Source: Verrucomicrobiota bacterium
GTDB lineage: Bacteria > Verrucomicrobiota > Kiritimatiellia > Kiritimatiellales > Pontiellaceae
Length of the DNA: 60,818 nt
NCBI GenBank assembly: GCA_039714135.1
Contig: JBDLJW010000001.1
Location: forward strand, 1-60,818
Direction of reading: 5' to 3'
Shown piece after piece: positions 11,030 to 21,176 of this stretch. The position numbers and the translations under genes were made by a program. Within the stretch, counting starts at the first letter, position 1. Each line of letters begins with the position of its first letter. The notes under the pieces are model-generated. The model was not told the origin of the DNA, made no database searches, and was given only the letters and a program-made list of their open reading frames with translations.

Positions 11030-11471
11030 CTTTCAATATCTCAATATCGGCCTTATCCAAAGGGGAATTCCGTTGCTCCTTCATCCAAATCAAATCCTCT
11101 CTTTTTGCCACGAAAACCCGCCCCGTATGCTTTGAGTAGGCCTCAAGAGCCTCATCAATGATTCGGTCATGCCGCTCACAACCAGAAACCAGAATGTCCA
11201 CTACCATTTCATCGCCATCCTCGATTTTCCAAAAGCGGTGCAACGTCAACAGGCTTTTGAACGTCCAAGGTTCGCCCGAGCTCTTATAGCCTTCCTTGTC
11301 CAGAACTTCGGCGATGGCATCCAGCTCGCTCTCTTTCGTCAAGAGGTCGATATCCTTGGTAAACCTCGCATAGGAATGGAATGCCATGGCCACACCACCA
11401 ATGACGGCATAGCCAACCTTGCGATCCTGCAAGGCTTTCACCACTTTATGAAACTCAAAAAAGACATTCAT
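11013..11471 (-). CDS. Small standalone nucleotidyltransferase (pol-beta superfamily)
   Basis: YAVIGGVAMAFH..RFTKDIDLL (GG + DxD), VVDIL third acidic residue, REDLIWMK..DKADI C-terminus. Confidence 0.82.
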   Translation of the reverse strand: MNVFFEFHKVVKALQDRKVGYAVIGGVAMAFHSYARFTKDIDLLTKESELDAIAEVLDKEGYKSSGEPWTFKSLLTLHRFWKIEDGDEMVVDILVSGCERHDRIIDEALEAYSKHTGRVFVAKREDLIWMKEQRNSPLDKADIEILKDGIDE

Positions 11472-11473
11472 GG

Positions 11474-12658
11474 TTATCCCACGTTGATCCTCACATACTC
11501 CTCGGTGCAGTTGCAGGTATAGACCGTGGCGACACCTTCCCCGATATGCAGGTTGATGTTTATAGCAAATTCGGTTTGGGAAACCACCTTAATCAACTCC
11601 TCCTGCGACACACCGGAACGACAACCACCAGCAACGGCCTGAGTGTTGTCGTAGAAGATATCAACCTGTTCTTCCATCACCTTCGCCCTTGAATAACCGA
11701 TCGAATCCATTATTCGCCCCCAATCGGGATGCGTACCCGCCCAGGCGGTCTTGTTGAGCATCGAGTTTGCGACAGCCCGCGCAGCAAGGTCGGCATCGAC
11801 ATCCGACGCCGCTCCCTTGACGCTGACCGTCACAAATTTATCCGCACCCTCGCCATCATGAACAATCATCATCGCCAGCTCGAAGCAGACCTTTTCCAAC
11901 GCTGCGGAAAAAGCGTTCCAGTCCGCTGAGTTTTCGGAAAGCGCCTCGTTACCCGCCGCACCGCTTGCCAATGCCAACACGGTATCGTTGGTGCTTTGGT
12001 CGCCATCAATGGAAATTCGATTAAAGCTGGAATCGACCGCCTTTTTAAGCGCCGCCTGCAAAGCGGGCTGCCCAACGGCGGCATCGGTTGTAATATAGGA
12101 AAGCATGGTGGCCATGTTGGGCTCAATCATGCCCGCCCCCTTGGCAAAACCAACGATTTTTACAGCTTTCCCGGCGATTTGCAGCTCGGCCACCGAAACC
12201 TTTGGCCGCGTATCGGTGGTCATCATCGCCTCGGCGGTTTCCTGCACCTTTTCCTCAGCAGCAGCATCAATAAGCGTTCCAATGCCTGCAACAATCTTGT
12301 CCAGTGGAAGCTGCGGCCCGATCTTTCCGGTAGAGCAGACAAATATCTCCCGAGAATCGCAGCCGATCAATCTGGAGGCTTCAGCGGCCATGTCCCGCGC
12401 AGCAACCATCCCTTCGGAACCGGTGCAGGCGTTGGCAATCCCACTATTCATGACAATGGCTCGCGCCGCGCCATGCTTAAGATGTTCCCGGCACACCTTG
12501 ACCGGTGCGGCACAGACCTGATTCGTGGTAAAAACCCCGGCGGAAGCGGCAGGCCCTTTGGAAAAGATCAAAGCCATATCCTTGACCCCGCCCGCTTTGA
12601 TTCCTGCGGAAATGCCCGCACACTTAAAGCCTTTCGGCAGATGAATATTCGAATACAT
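11474..12658 (-). CDS. argJ: Bifunctional ornithine acetyltransferase / N-acetylglutamate synthase
   Basis: NSGIANACTG, STGKIG, MMTTDT, KGAGMIEPNMATML (autocleavage site), DGDQSTND, DGEGA. Start at ATG 12658 after GAGGA. Confidence 0.97.
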   Translation of the reverse strand: MYSNIHLPKGFKCAGISAGIKAGGVKDMALIFSKGPAASAGVFTTNQVCAAPVKVCREHLKHGAARAIVMNSGIANACTGSEGMVAARDMAAEASRLIGCDSREIFVCSTGKIGPQLPLDKIVAGIGTLIDAAAEEKVQETAEAMMTTDTRPKVSVAELQIAGKAVKIVGFAKGAGMIEPNMATMLSYITTDAAVGQPALQAALKKAVDSSFNRISIDGDQSTNDTVLALASGAAGNEALSENSADWNAFSAALEKVCFELAMMIVHDGEGADKFVTVSVKGAASDVDADLAARAVANSMLNKTAWAGTHPDWGRIMDSIGYSRAKVMEEQVDIFYDNTQAVAGGCRSGVSQEELIKVVSQTEFAININLHIGEGVATVYTCNCTEEYVRINVG

Positions 12659-12723
12659 GAACTTGTCCTCTATTCCCAATGTTTGGAGGCTGGATTAAAA
12701 AGATTTTACGAAGGCTGGAAAAC

Positions 12724-12754
12724 AAAAAAAGCCCCCCGATTCCGGGAGGCTTTT
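12724..12754 (-). terminator. Intrinsic terminator after rpsI
   Basis: AAAAAAA GCCCCCCG ATTC CGGGAGGC TTTT: hairpin with a U-tract on the minus strand. Confidence 0.75.
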
Positions 12755-12774
12755 GCATCGCGCAGTTCCAACGA

Positions 12775-13176
12775 TTAACGTTTGGAGAACTGGAAGCGTT
12801 TGCGCGCACCCGGCTGACCCGGCTTTTTACGCTCTTTCATACGGGCGTCACGGCTGAGGAAACCGGCCTTTTTAAGGACAGCCTTCAGCTCTTCGTCGGA
12901 ACCGGCCAAGGCACGGGAAGCAGCATGTACCACTGCGCCGCACTGTCCGGACTTTCCGCCACCCTTTACGGATGCAATCACATCAAACTTGCCGACAACG
13001 CCAGCGGCTTCGAACGGCTTCTTGAGCAGTTCCTGCTGCATTGCGGTTTGGAAGTAGTTGTTTGATTCCAGACCGTTGACGGTGATCGTTCCGCTACCTT
13101 CAACCATGCGAACACGCGCAATCGAGGTTTTCCGGCGACCTGTTGCCGCAATTTCCAAAGTATCTTTCTTAGCCAT
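12775..13176 (-). CDS. rpsI: 30S ribosomal protein S9
   Basis: TGRRKTSIARV, GGGKSGQ, ERKKPG..ARKRFQFSKR. Confidence 0.99.
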   Translation of the reverse strand: MAKKDTLEIAATGRRKTSIARVRMVEGSGTITVNGLESNNYFQTAMQQELLKKPFEAAGVVGKFDVIASVKGGGKSGQCGAVVHAASRALAGSDEELKAVLKKAGFLSRDARMKERKKPGQPGARKRFQFSKR

Positions 13177-13190
13177 GATAAATTTCCTGC

Positions 13191-13625
13191 TTATCCGTTG
13201 AATTCAAGTTCCTGGGCCTGCTGCGCGACATGCGGATGATCCGAGCCGACATAGACTTTCAGGCGGGTGAGGGTCTGGCGGCTCAAGCGGTTGTCCGGCA
13301 GCATGCCTTTGACAGCCTGCTTGATGATACGCTCAGGATTCTTGGCACGGATATCCTTTGCCTTGGTTTCGGTGCGGCCGCTGGAATAACCGGAATAGTC
13401 CTGATAGATCTTCTTCTCTTCTTTGTTGCCGGTCAGCTTGATCTTCTCAGCGTTGACAACAACAACAAAAGCTCCGGTATCGACGTGCGGCGTGTAGGTC
13501 GGTTTATTCCGCCCACGCAACACATTGGCGATCACAACCGCCAAACGACCCGCTGTCTTTCCTTCTGCGTCGACTACAAACCAGTCACGCTTGATATCCG
13601 CCTCTTTAGGCACAAAAGTTTTCAT
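13191..13625 (-). CDS. rplM: 50S ribosomal protein L13
   Basis: WFVVDA, GRLA, KPTYTPHVDTG, AVKGMLP, RLKVY..HPH. Confidence 0.99.
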   Translation of the reverse strand: MKTFVPKEADIKRDWFVVDAEGKTAGRLAVVIANVLRGRNKPTYTPHVDTGAFVVVVNAEKIKLTGNKEEKKIYQDYSGYSSGRTETKAKDIRAKNPERIIKQAVKGMLPDNRLSRQTLTRLKVYVGSDHPHVAQQAQELEFNG

Positions 13626-13671
13626 TGTAAATCATCCCCTCAATGGATTCGGTAAAAAGTACAAGGGCGGG

Positions 13672-13700
13672 AAGTTATATCAGGCACAAAGGCGTGTCAA
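13672..13700 (-). promoter_or_regulatory. Candidate sigma70 promoter for rplM-rpsI
   Basis: Minus strand TTGACA-N17-TAACTT (within GATATAACTT) upstream of rplM. Confidence 0.45.
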
Positions 13701-13760
13701 CCCCTCCGCGCAAGAAGTTTCTTGTTTTTCTGCCCCCCCTGCCATGCTATGCATATCCCC

Positions 13761-14414
13761 ATGAAATTTGCATTAACCAAAGAATATACGGGAAGAAAAC
13801 TGACGTGGCGTGGAAGACTTTTAATGCTGCTTGTCGTCGTATCCGCCGTTATTGGATCCATCGCTGGCCTCTACCCCTTTCTTGCCCCGGAAAAGCCGCC
13901 GCACCAAGGCCTACTGGTAATCGAGGGCTGGATTCACGACTTTGCCCTCGACGAGGCCGTGGCCATCTACCGCACCGGCAACTACTCCAAGATCATATGC
14001 ACCGGCGTACCCATCGAGACCGGCAGCTATATCCAGCAGTACAAATCCTACCCGGAAATGACCACAGCCCGCCTGCGCAAACTCGGCATCCCCGAGAACC
14101 AAATTATCACGACGATTGCCGATGAAACAAAAAAAGACCGCACCTATGCCGCCGCAGTCGCCCTGCGCGAAGCTTTCATGGCCTACAATCTGGAGGAAAA
14201 AACCAACCTCCATCTCATCACCACCGGCCCGCACGGGCGCCGTAGCCGCATGCTCTTCCAAAAGGCACTGGGCAAGAACTTCAACATCGGCATCACCTGC
14301 CTGGAACCCAGCTCCTACGACACGGAACGCTGGTACACCTGCTCCGAAGGCGTCCGCTCCGTCACTGGCGAGTTGATTGCCTACACTTACGCAAAACTCT
14401 TCTTCCACCCCTGA
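13761..14414 (+). CDS. YdcF/DUF218-like (ElyC/SanA-type) membrane-anchored protein
   Basis: N-terminal TM, LVIEGW, ICTG, LGIPENQI, DRTYAAA, ITTGPHGRRSR, ELIAY. Confidence 0.78.
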   Translation: MKFALTKEYTGRKLTWRGRLLMLLVVVSAVIGSIAGLYPFLAPEKPPHQGLLVIEGWIHDFALDEAVAIYRTGNYSKIICTGVPIETGSYIQQYKSYPEMTTARLRKLGIPENQIITTIADETKKDRTYAAAVALREAFMAYNLEEKTNLHLITTGPHGRRSRMLFQKALGKNFNIGITCLEPSSYDTERWYTCSEGVRSVTGELIAYTYAKLFFHP

Positions 14415-14416
14415 AG

Positions 14417-14931
<515 letters not shown>

Positions 14932-14935
<4 letters not shown>

Positions 14936-16509
14936 AAGCTCACGCATGAAGCATGGAAGGCATCGATCTGTTCCGCAATCCTGCCGACAACCTCACAGTC
15001 AACCGGCTGGCTGACCTTCATGAGCGCCAGCGAGTTCTCACCGGAAGGATCGTGCGGATTACGCATATCGTCGATGTTGACATCCACCTCGGAAAGCGCC
15101 TTGCCGATCTGTCCGATAACACCCGGGCGGTCCTTATAGATAAAGAGCACTGCGTTTCCGACCGGCTCGAAGTAGAGCTTGTCGAAATCGTTGATGCGCG
15201 AAATCATCATATTGCCTTCGGCGACGGTGCCACGGACACTGATGCGTTGAAAATGCGCCGCATCAAGGGAGGTGGTGACATCGACGGTCAGAGAGTTGCC
15301 ATAGCCCTTGCTTGTATCCGTGTCGCGATTGAAATACTCAACCCCCATCTCCTTAAGGTAGTCGAGCGCGGCATCGTAACCCTGGGTACGATCAAAATCG
15401 TCGGAAAGCGCCGCGACAATCTGGACAAGCAACCAATCGCCATATGCGGCAAGGTCGCCATAAAAGCTGGTTTCGATCAACTTCATCTGCTTGTTTCCGC
15501 CGGCGATACTGCGGCAGAGGTGCGCAAGCATGAAGGCGAGCTCGCTGTAGGCGCGATCAAGCCCTTCCGGAACATCGCGATTAACGACATAGGAGGCAAT
15601 GCCCTTGTCGTCGTAGCCGATCAACTGGGTCGCAGAGCGCAGGGCGGCGTTGTAGTTGGCTTCGACCGTGCTGGCACCAAGGTGCGGCAGCATGATGTCG
15701 GCAATGTCGGCCACGCTCTTGTCGCCCTCGGCGTCCTTCGGATAAACATCGTTCAGGAAACGCAGCCCCTTGTCGGCCTTCAACGCGCGAAGATCATCTT
15801 CGTTGATGATACCGGCACGAGCGCAGTTAATGAGGGCGGCGCCGTTCTTCATGCGGGCAAGAAGCGACTTGTTGATGATGCCGCGAGTTTCGTCATTTTC
15901 CGGCATGTGGAGCGAAACATAGTCGCACTGTTCGAAAATCTCAGCCAGCTCGGCGGACTCGGCGTCGAGATCGCGGGCACGCTCATCGGAAAGAAAGGGG
16001 TCATAGGCCAGCACCTTGACATCGAAGCCGGAAAGCCGCTTGGCCACCAGTTGGCCGATGGCACCGAAGCCAACGATGCCGACGGTCTTCCCCGTGACCT
16101 CCTTGCCCATGAAGTTTTTCTTCTCCCACTTTCCAGTGCGGGTAGAGGCATCGGCAGGAACCACGTGGCGGGCGTCGGCCAGCATCAAAGCAATCACCTC
16201 TTCGGCCACAGCGTTGGCATTGGCACCCGGTGTATTCATTACATCAACGCCCTTGGAGCGTGCATGCTTAATGTCGATGGTGTTGTAGCCTGCCCCGGCG
16301 CGGATAACCACCTTGAGCGACGGCATGGCATCAATAATCTCCGAGGTAACCTTTTCGGAACGGACGACCAGGGCATAGGTGTCGGGGTTCTGGGAAGCCA
16401 GAGTGCCAAGATCCGACGAATCGTCCTGAACGACTTCATAGTTGCCGTGCTGGCTGAGCGTCTCGCGCGCAACCGTATTGAGTTTGGTCGGAATCAGTAC
16501 CTTCTTCAT
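14932..16509 (-). CDS. serA: D-3-phosphoglycerate dehydrogenase (with C-terminal ACT domain)
   Basis: RAGAGYNTID, NANAVAE, GIVGFGAIG, INCARA, PHLGAST, DRPGVIG ACT motif. Confidence 0.9.
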
Positions 16510-16630
16510 GGTTTCCTCTCGTTGTTGGGTTGAAAATTCCCCGCCACACTAAGCACGCGCCCAACGGGAATCAAGCTTTGACAAATCCATTTTTTCTGGG
16601 AGAGTTTCTAGCTTTAACCGGACGTTGAAC

Positions 16631-17140
16631 ATGAAGAGAAGAATCCACCTACTGAACGGCCTTGCCGCCACCCTCCTTTTATCCGGATGCATGGGCTATC
16701 AACTCGGAGGCACCCGCCCCGAAGGCGTTGAGACCGTCCATGTGGCCCCCGTTGTAAACGCAACAACGGAGCCAGCCATTGAGCTTGGAGTCACAAAGGC
16801 GCTACGCCAGCGCATCCAGTTCGACGGCCGACTCAAGCTAAGAAACAGCGCCGAAAAGGCCGATGCCATTATCGAAGCCAAACTCACCAACTATAAACTG
16901 AGCGCCATTGCATTCCGCGACGACCTTGAAACCGCCCCTGAAGAATATCGGTTGCGCATTACTGGCGTCGCTACGCTGAAGGACGCCGCAACCGGGAAAA
17001 TCCTGACGCAGTCGAAAACCTACGGGGAAGCTCGCTTCTTCTTCGAGTCCGACCTCACCACCTCCAAGCGCAATGCCCTGCCCAAGGCCGCGCAGGAGCT
17101 TGCCAAATTCATGGTCGACGACCTAATTGAACAGTGGTAA
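16631..17140 (+). CDS. lptE: LptE-family LPS-assembly lipoprotein
   Basis: Lipobox LLSG-C followed by GYQL, N.T.EP, ADAIIE, EYRL; about 170 aa. Confidence 0.72.
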   Translation: MKRRIHLLNGLAATLLLSGCMGYQLGGTRPEGVETVHVAPVVNATTEPAIELGVTKALRQRIQFDGRLKLRNSAEKADAIIEAKLTNYKLSAIAFRDDLETAPEEYRLRITGVATLKDAATGKILTQSKTYGEARFFFESDLTTSKRNALPKAAQELAKFMVDDLIEQW

Positions 17141-17201
17141 GTGCGATTGCGCAACCGGATTGCTCCCCGCAATAAATGTGCGAAATGAAACATCCGCCCA
17201 C

Positions 17202-17228
17202 AAAAAAACCCGCCAGCGGCGGGTTTTT
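17202..17228. terminator. Bidirectional intrinsic terminator between lptE and rpsT
   Basis: AAAAAAACCCGCC AGC GGCGGGTTTTT between convergent genes. Confidence 0.85.
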
Positions 17229-17248
17229 CAATCGAATGCGGATTGCAA

Positions 17249-17512
17249 CTAGGCAATCTTGCGCAGACCGTTCGCGGCATTGGTCTTGCGGCGAATAGCA
17301 GTATTCTTCTTAATAACTCCGCCTTTTGCGGCTTTGTCGAGAATCGAGCTATAAGTGTTCAGTGCAACCTGACCGGCTTCTGCGTCCTTGGCTTCCAACG
17401 CATCCATCATGCTGCGACGCGCGTTCTTGATGCGGGTACGCACCTGCTGGTTGCGGTCGTGACGCACTACGTTCTGACGCATTCTCTTCTTGGCGCTTTT
17501 CAGATTCGGCAT
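17249..17512 (-). CDS. rpsT: 30S ribosomal protein S20
   Basis: MPNLKSAKKRMRQ, LDKAAKGGVIKKNTAIRRK. Confidence 0.97.
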   Translation of the reverse strand: MPNLKSAKKRMRQNVVRHDRNQQVRTRIKNARRSMMDALEAKDAEAGQVALNTYSSILDKAAKGGVIKKNTAIRRKTNAANGLRKIA

Positions 17513-17714
17513 AGTAAAATCAACTCCGTTTAATCAAATTAGTCCCTATTAGTGGGAAAGAAGGATCGGATAATAGCGACGACGGACATGAAGTCAACCC
17601 GCAAATCCGGCAATTTTACCAAGCAGGTTGCCAGGCAAAAAACCGCCCGCAACTCCACCACACCTGTTTAAAAATAAGGTGTTCCAACGCCGGGAACTAT
17701 TGTAGAACACCACA

Positions 17715-18758
17715 ATGCAATTCTTTGAACAGCTTATTGGAACACAAACCGGGCTTCTGATCTCTTTTGCGGCAACTGCTGCCGTAGTGGTACTGGCGGG
17801 CATTCGCCTGAGCATTTATGGCGATGCGCTTGGAGATCGGACCGGACTCGGCAGCGGTCTGGTGGGGCTCGTTTTCCTGGCCGCCGTAACCAGCCTCCCC
17901 GAACTGGTTGTTTCACTAACTTCGGTGATCCAATGCACCGATCCCCTGCATGGTGCCGATCTCGCCACGGGCAACATGCTGGGATCAAACATCTTCAACC
18001 TGCTTATTCTTGCACTGGCGGCATTGCTGTTCCCCTATAAATTCGACCCCGGGAAGCTGGAAAGCTCCCATACCGACTCGACGGTATACGGCTTGATTCT
18101 GCTGGTTGTCTTTGCGGCGGCCTTCTTTGTGGCCGGAAAAACCGGATTCCTTGCCCCCGGCCTGCACTGCAGCTGGGGCGTTCTGCTGCTGCCGATCGCC
18201 TATGCCGTTTTCCTGCGGCGCGAACACCGCCAGCAAAAGGAGACCCCGCCGGACGATCACCTGCCATCGGAACAAGTACTGGCCCACCTGCCCGCTTCCC
18301 GTTTCTACGGCGTACTCGGTGGGCTTTGCCTGCTGATCATCGGCGGCGGCATCATGCTTTCCATCCTTGGCTCGCGCATGGCACTCCCCCCGGAGCAAGG
18401 CGGCTTCGGACTTGAGGCCAGCCTGATCGGCACCATCTTCCTCGCCATCTCCACCAGCCTCCCCGAACTCGTCATCTCCTTCGCCAGTGTCCGCATGGGC
18501 TTTCTCGACATGGCCATCGGGAATGTCCTCGGAAGCAACATGTTCAACCTGCTGATCATCTTTGCGGCCGACGTGGCCATGCGCGGCGGAAGCCTTCTCC
18601 ACCACGCCTCCTCCAAGCACTGGGTCAGTGTTGGCCAAATCCTCATACTGACACTGCTCGCCGCGCTATTGCTTCGGAGCCGCAAGCAAACCACAAAAAT
18701 CGCAACCGCGGCGGCCATGCTTGCACTCTATATCACCGCAGTGACATTTCTGATTTAG
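17715..18758 (+). CDS. Cation/Ca2+ exchanger family (YrbG-like) antiporter
   Basis: Two alpha-repeats: TSLPEL..GNMLGSNIFN and TSLPEL..GNVLGSNMFN; about 10 TM segments. Confidence 0.9.
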   Translation: MQFFEQLIGTQTGLLISFAATAAVVVLAGIRLSIYGDALGDRTGLGSGLVGLVFLAAVTSLPELVVSLTSVIQCTDPLHGADLATGNMLGSNIFNLLILALAALLFPYKFDPGKLESSHTDSTVYGLILLVVFAAAFFVAGKTGFLAPGLHCSWGVLLLPIAYAVFLRREHRQQKETPPDDHLPSEQVLAHLPASRFYGVLGGLCLLIIGGGIMLSILGSRMALPPEQGGFGLEASLIGTIFLAISTSLPELVISFASVRMGFLDMAIGNVLGSNMFNLLIIFAADVAMRGGSLLHHASSKHWVSVGQILILTLLAALLLRSRKQTTKIATAAAMLALYITAVTFLI

Positions 18759-20911
18759 GCATATTCCTTCAAACGCTCGGACAAGGTGGTGGTGCGATCG
18801 CGCGAATCGGCGCGTGTGACGGCGAGGTTGAGGGCCTTTTTCGTACCGAGCACGATCACCAGTTTCTTGGCGCGGGTAATGGCGGTATAGATGAGGCTAC
18901 GCTGCAAAAGCACATAGTGCTGGGTGTGCAGCGGAATCAGTACGCAAGGATATTCGCTACCTTGACTCTTGTGGATGGTGATGGCGTACGACAGGACAAG
19001 CTCATCGAGCTCGCGGAAGTCATAGACCACTTTCCGCCCATCAAAATCGATCACCAGCTCGGTGGCTTCGGAGTCGATGGAAACAATACGGCCAATGTCA
19101 CCGTTGTAGACATCCTTGTCATAGTCGTTCTCGGTCTGCATCACCTTGTCGCCAACGCGATAGACCACGCCGAAGCGTTCGACTTCGTCGCCGCGCGGGT
19201 TCAGCAGTTGCTGCAAGCTAATGTTCAGGTTGCGCGCACCTAGCTCCCCTTTCTGCATCGGCGTGAGGATCTGGATGTCGTCCATCGGGCTGAAACGGAA
19301 CTTCTTGGGGATGGATTGCTTGACCATTTTGCCCACCAGCGCGAGCGCCTTTACCGGATCGTCGGCCTCAATAAAATAGCAATCGCTTGTCTCCCCGTTT
19401 TCCGGAAACTCCGGCATCTGCCCCTGATTGATTTTGTGGGCGTTGGTAATGATGCGGCTGGTGGCGGCCTGGCGGAATACTTCGTTGAGGTGCGCCACGG
19501 GTATCTTTCCGGAATGGATAATATCCTGCAGCACCCGGCCGGGACCGACGGAGGGGAGCTGGTCGGCATCGCCGACAATGATGAGCGCAGCATGCAGCGG
19601 CACGGCGTCGGCCAGCTGGGAGGCCAGCACGATATCGATCATGCTCGACTCGTCGACAATCAGAACATCGCACTCCAACGGATTGTCGGCGGAGTGAATA
19701 AAGCCCCCGGTGCCGGGATTGTATTGCAGCAGACGATGGATGGTCTTCGCCTCCATGCCGGTGGTTTCGGCCATGCGCTTGGCAGCGCGGCCGGTCGGCG
19801 CACAAAGCGCGACACGCATCTTCTTGGCCTTGAGCACCATCAGCACCGAGTTCACCAGCGTGGTTTTGCCGACGCCCGGGCCACCGGTAACGACCATCAC
19901 CTTCGACTCCACCGCGGTTTTCAACGCAGCACGCTGGGCATTTGCCAGCTCGATACCGGACTTTTTCTGCACCCACGCCAACGCCTTTTCAAAGTCGATG
20001 GCCGGACACGGATGCCTCCCCTTCCCCAAGGCCTGAAGCTTCTTGGCGAGTTCGATTTCGGCAAAGTAGAGCTTTGGCAGATAGATCAGGTCGCGCCCCC
20101 GGAAATCGGTGCGAAGAACGAGGCGCTTGGCTTCGATGGAATAGTCCAGCGCCCGCTCGATGATTTCCAGATCGATTTGCAGCAACTCGGCGGTACGCGA
20201 AAGCAGGTCGTTGCGGACATAGGCGCAGTGCCCGTTCGACGTCAGCTCACCAAGCACGAACTCCAGCCCGGCGCGGGCGCGCAGATCGGAATCCCTGGCA
20301 ATACCCAGCTTCATGGCAATCTGGTCGGCAATCAGGAAGCCAATGCCGCGAATATCGCGAGAGAGGCAGTAGGGATCGCGCTGGACAAACTCGATGGCCT
20401 TGTCGCCATAGGTCTTGTGGATGCGAAAGGCGCGCGTGGTGCTCACCCCGTGGCTGAAGAGGAAGGCCATGATCTGCCGGACGCTCTTTTGCTCGTCCCA
20501 TGCCTGCTTGATCCGATCCTTGCGCAGTTTGCCGATCCCCTCCACCTTCAACAGCTTGCCGGAGGAGTTTTCGATGACATCGAAAACATCGCGCCCAAAG
20601 GTTTTCACGAGCCGCGCGGCATATTCCTTGCCGATGCCTTGAATCAGGCCGGAGGCGAGATATTTTTCAATGCCCTCCAGTGTGTCGGGCTTGGACATGC
20701 GCATCTGCTCGGCCTTGAACTGCGGGCCGTGGCGCGGATCGGTAAACCATTCGCCATCGGCAGTCATCCATTCGCCGGAATTAATGGTCGGAACGGTTCC
20801 GGTGACCGTCACCAAATCCTTATGCCCGCGCACCTTGACGCGCAAAACGCAAAAGCCGTTTTCCTCGTTGCGGAAAACGACCCGCTCAATCTGGCCATCC
20901 AACTTTTGCAT
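18755..20911 (-). CDS. recD2: ATP-dependent RecD2 DNA helicase
   Basis: N-terminal OB/HhH region, GGPGVGKTT, IVDESSM, GDADQLPSVGPG, YAITIHKSQGSEY, YTAITRA. Confidence 0.96.
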   Translation of the reverse strand: MQKLDGQIERVVFRNEENGFCVLRVKVRGHKDLVTVTGTVPTINSGEWMTADGEWFTDPRHGPQFKAEQMRMSKPDTLEGIEKYLASGLIQGIGKEYAARLVKTFGRDVFDVIENSSGKLLKVEGIGKLRKDRIKQAWDEQKSVRQIMAFLFSHGVSTTRAFRIHKTYGDKAIEFVQRDPYCLSRDIRGIGFLIADQIAMKLGIARDSDLRARAGLEFVLGELTSNGHCAYVRNDLLSRTAELLQIDLEIIERALDYSIEAKRLVLRTDFRGRDLIYLPKLYFAEIELAKKLQALGKGRHPCPAIDFEKALAWVQKKSGIELANAQRAALKTAVESKVMVVTGGPGVGKTTLVNSVLMVLKAKKMRVALCAPTGRAAKRMAETTGMEAKTIHRLLQYNPGTGGFIHSADNPLECDVLIVDESSMIDIVLASQLADAVPLHAALIIVGDADQLPSVGPGRVLQDIIHSGKIPVAHLNEVFRQAATSRIITNAHKINQGQMPEFPENGETSDCYFIEADDPVKALALVGKMVKQSIPKKFRFSPMDDIQILTPMQKGELGARNLNISLQQLLNPRGDEVERFGVVYRVGDKVMQTENDYDKDVYNGDIGRIVSIDSEATELVIDFDGRKVVYDFRELDELVLSYAITIHKSQGSEYPCVLIPLHTQHYVLLQRSLIYTAITRAKKLVIVLGTKKALNLAVTRADSRDRTTTLSERLKEYA

Positions 20912-21163
20912 CTAGTATTTTTTCTCGTACTCGCCCTTGCTGGTTTTCTTGTAGGTCGTAAAACCGGCATTCTTTGCGCGGTCGTGCAACCCGCTTTCCG
21001 AGCGGCCCACGGAAGGGGCCGAAAGCTGACGCTGCACTTTGTTGCCACATTCGGGGCAAGCAGTGAGCGAGGAGTCGTTCACCTGCTCGACCTGCTCGAA
21101 ACCCGCCTCGCAGGTTTTGCAGGACTTTTTCGGATCAGCGGCAATATATTCACGAATCGGCAT
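20912..21163 (-). CDS. FmdB-family zinc-ribbon protein
   Basis: MPIREY...CKTC..FE...CPECG..VQRQLS. Start at ATG 21163. Confidence 0.85.
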   Translation of the reverse strand: MPIREYIAADPKKSCKTCEAGFEQVEQVNDSSLTACPECGNKVQRQLSAPSVGRSESGLHDRAKNAGFTTYKKTSKGEYEKKY

Positions 21164-21176
21164 GTTCGGGCTCCTT

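Noticed and set aside
14953-16533. 526-aa plus-strand ORF
   Set aside because: Antisense mirror of serA.
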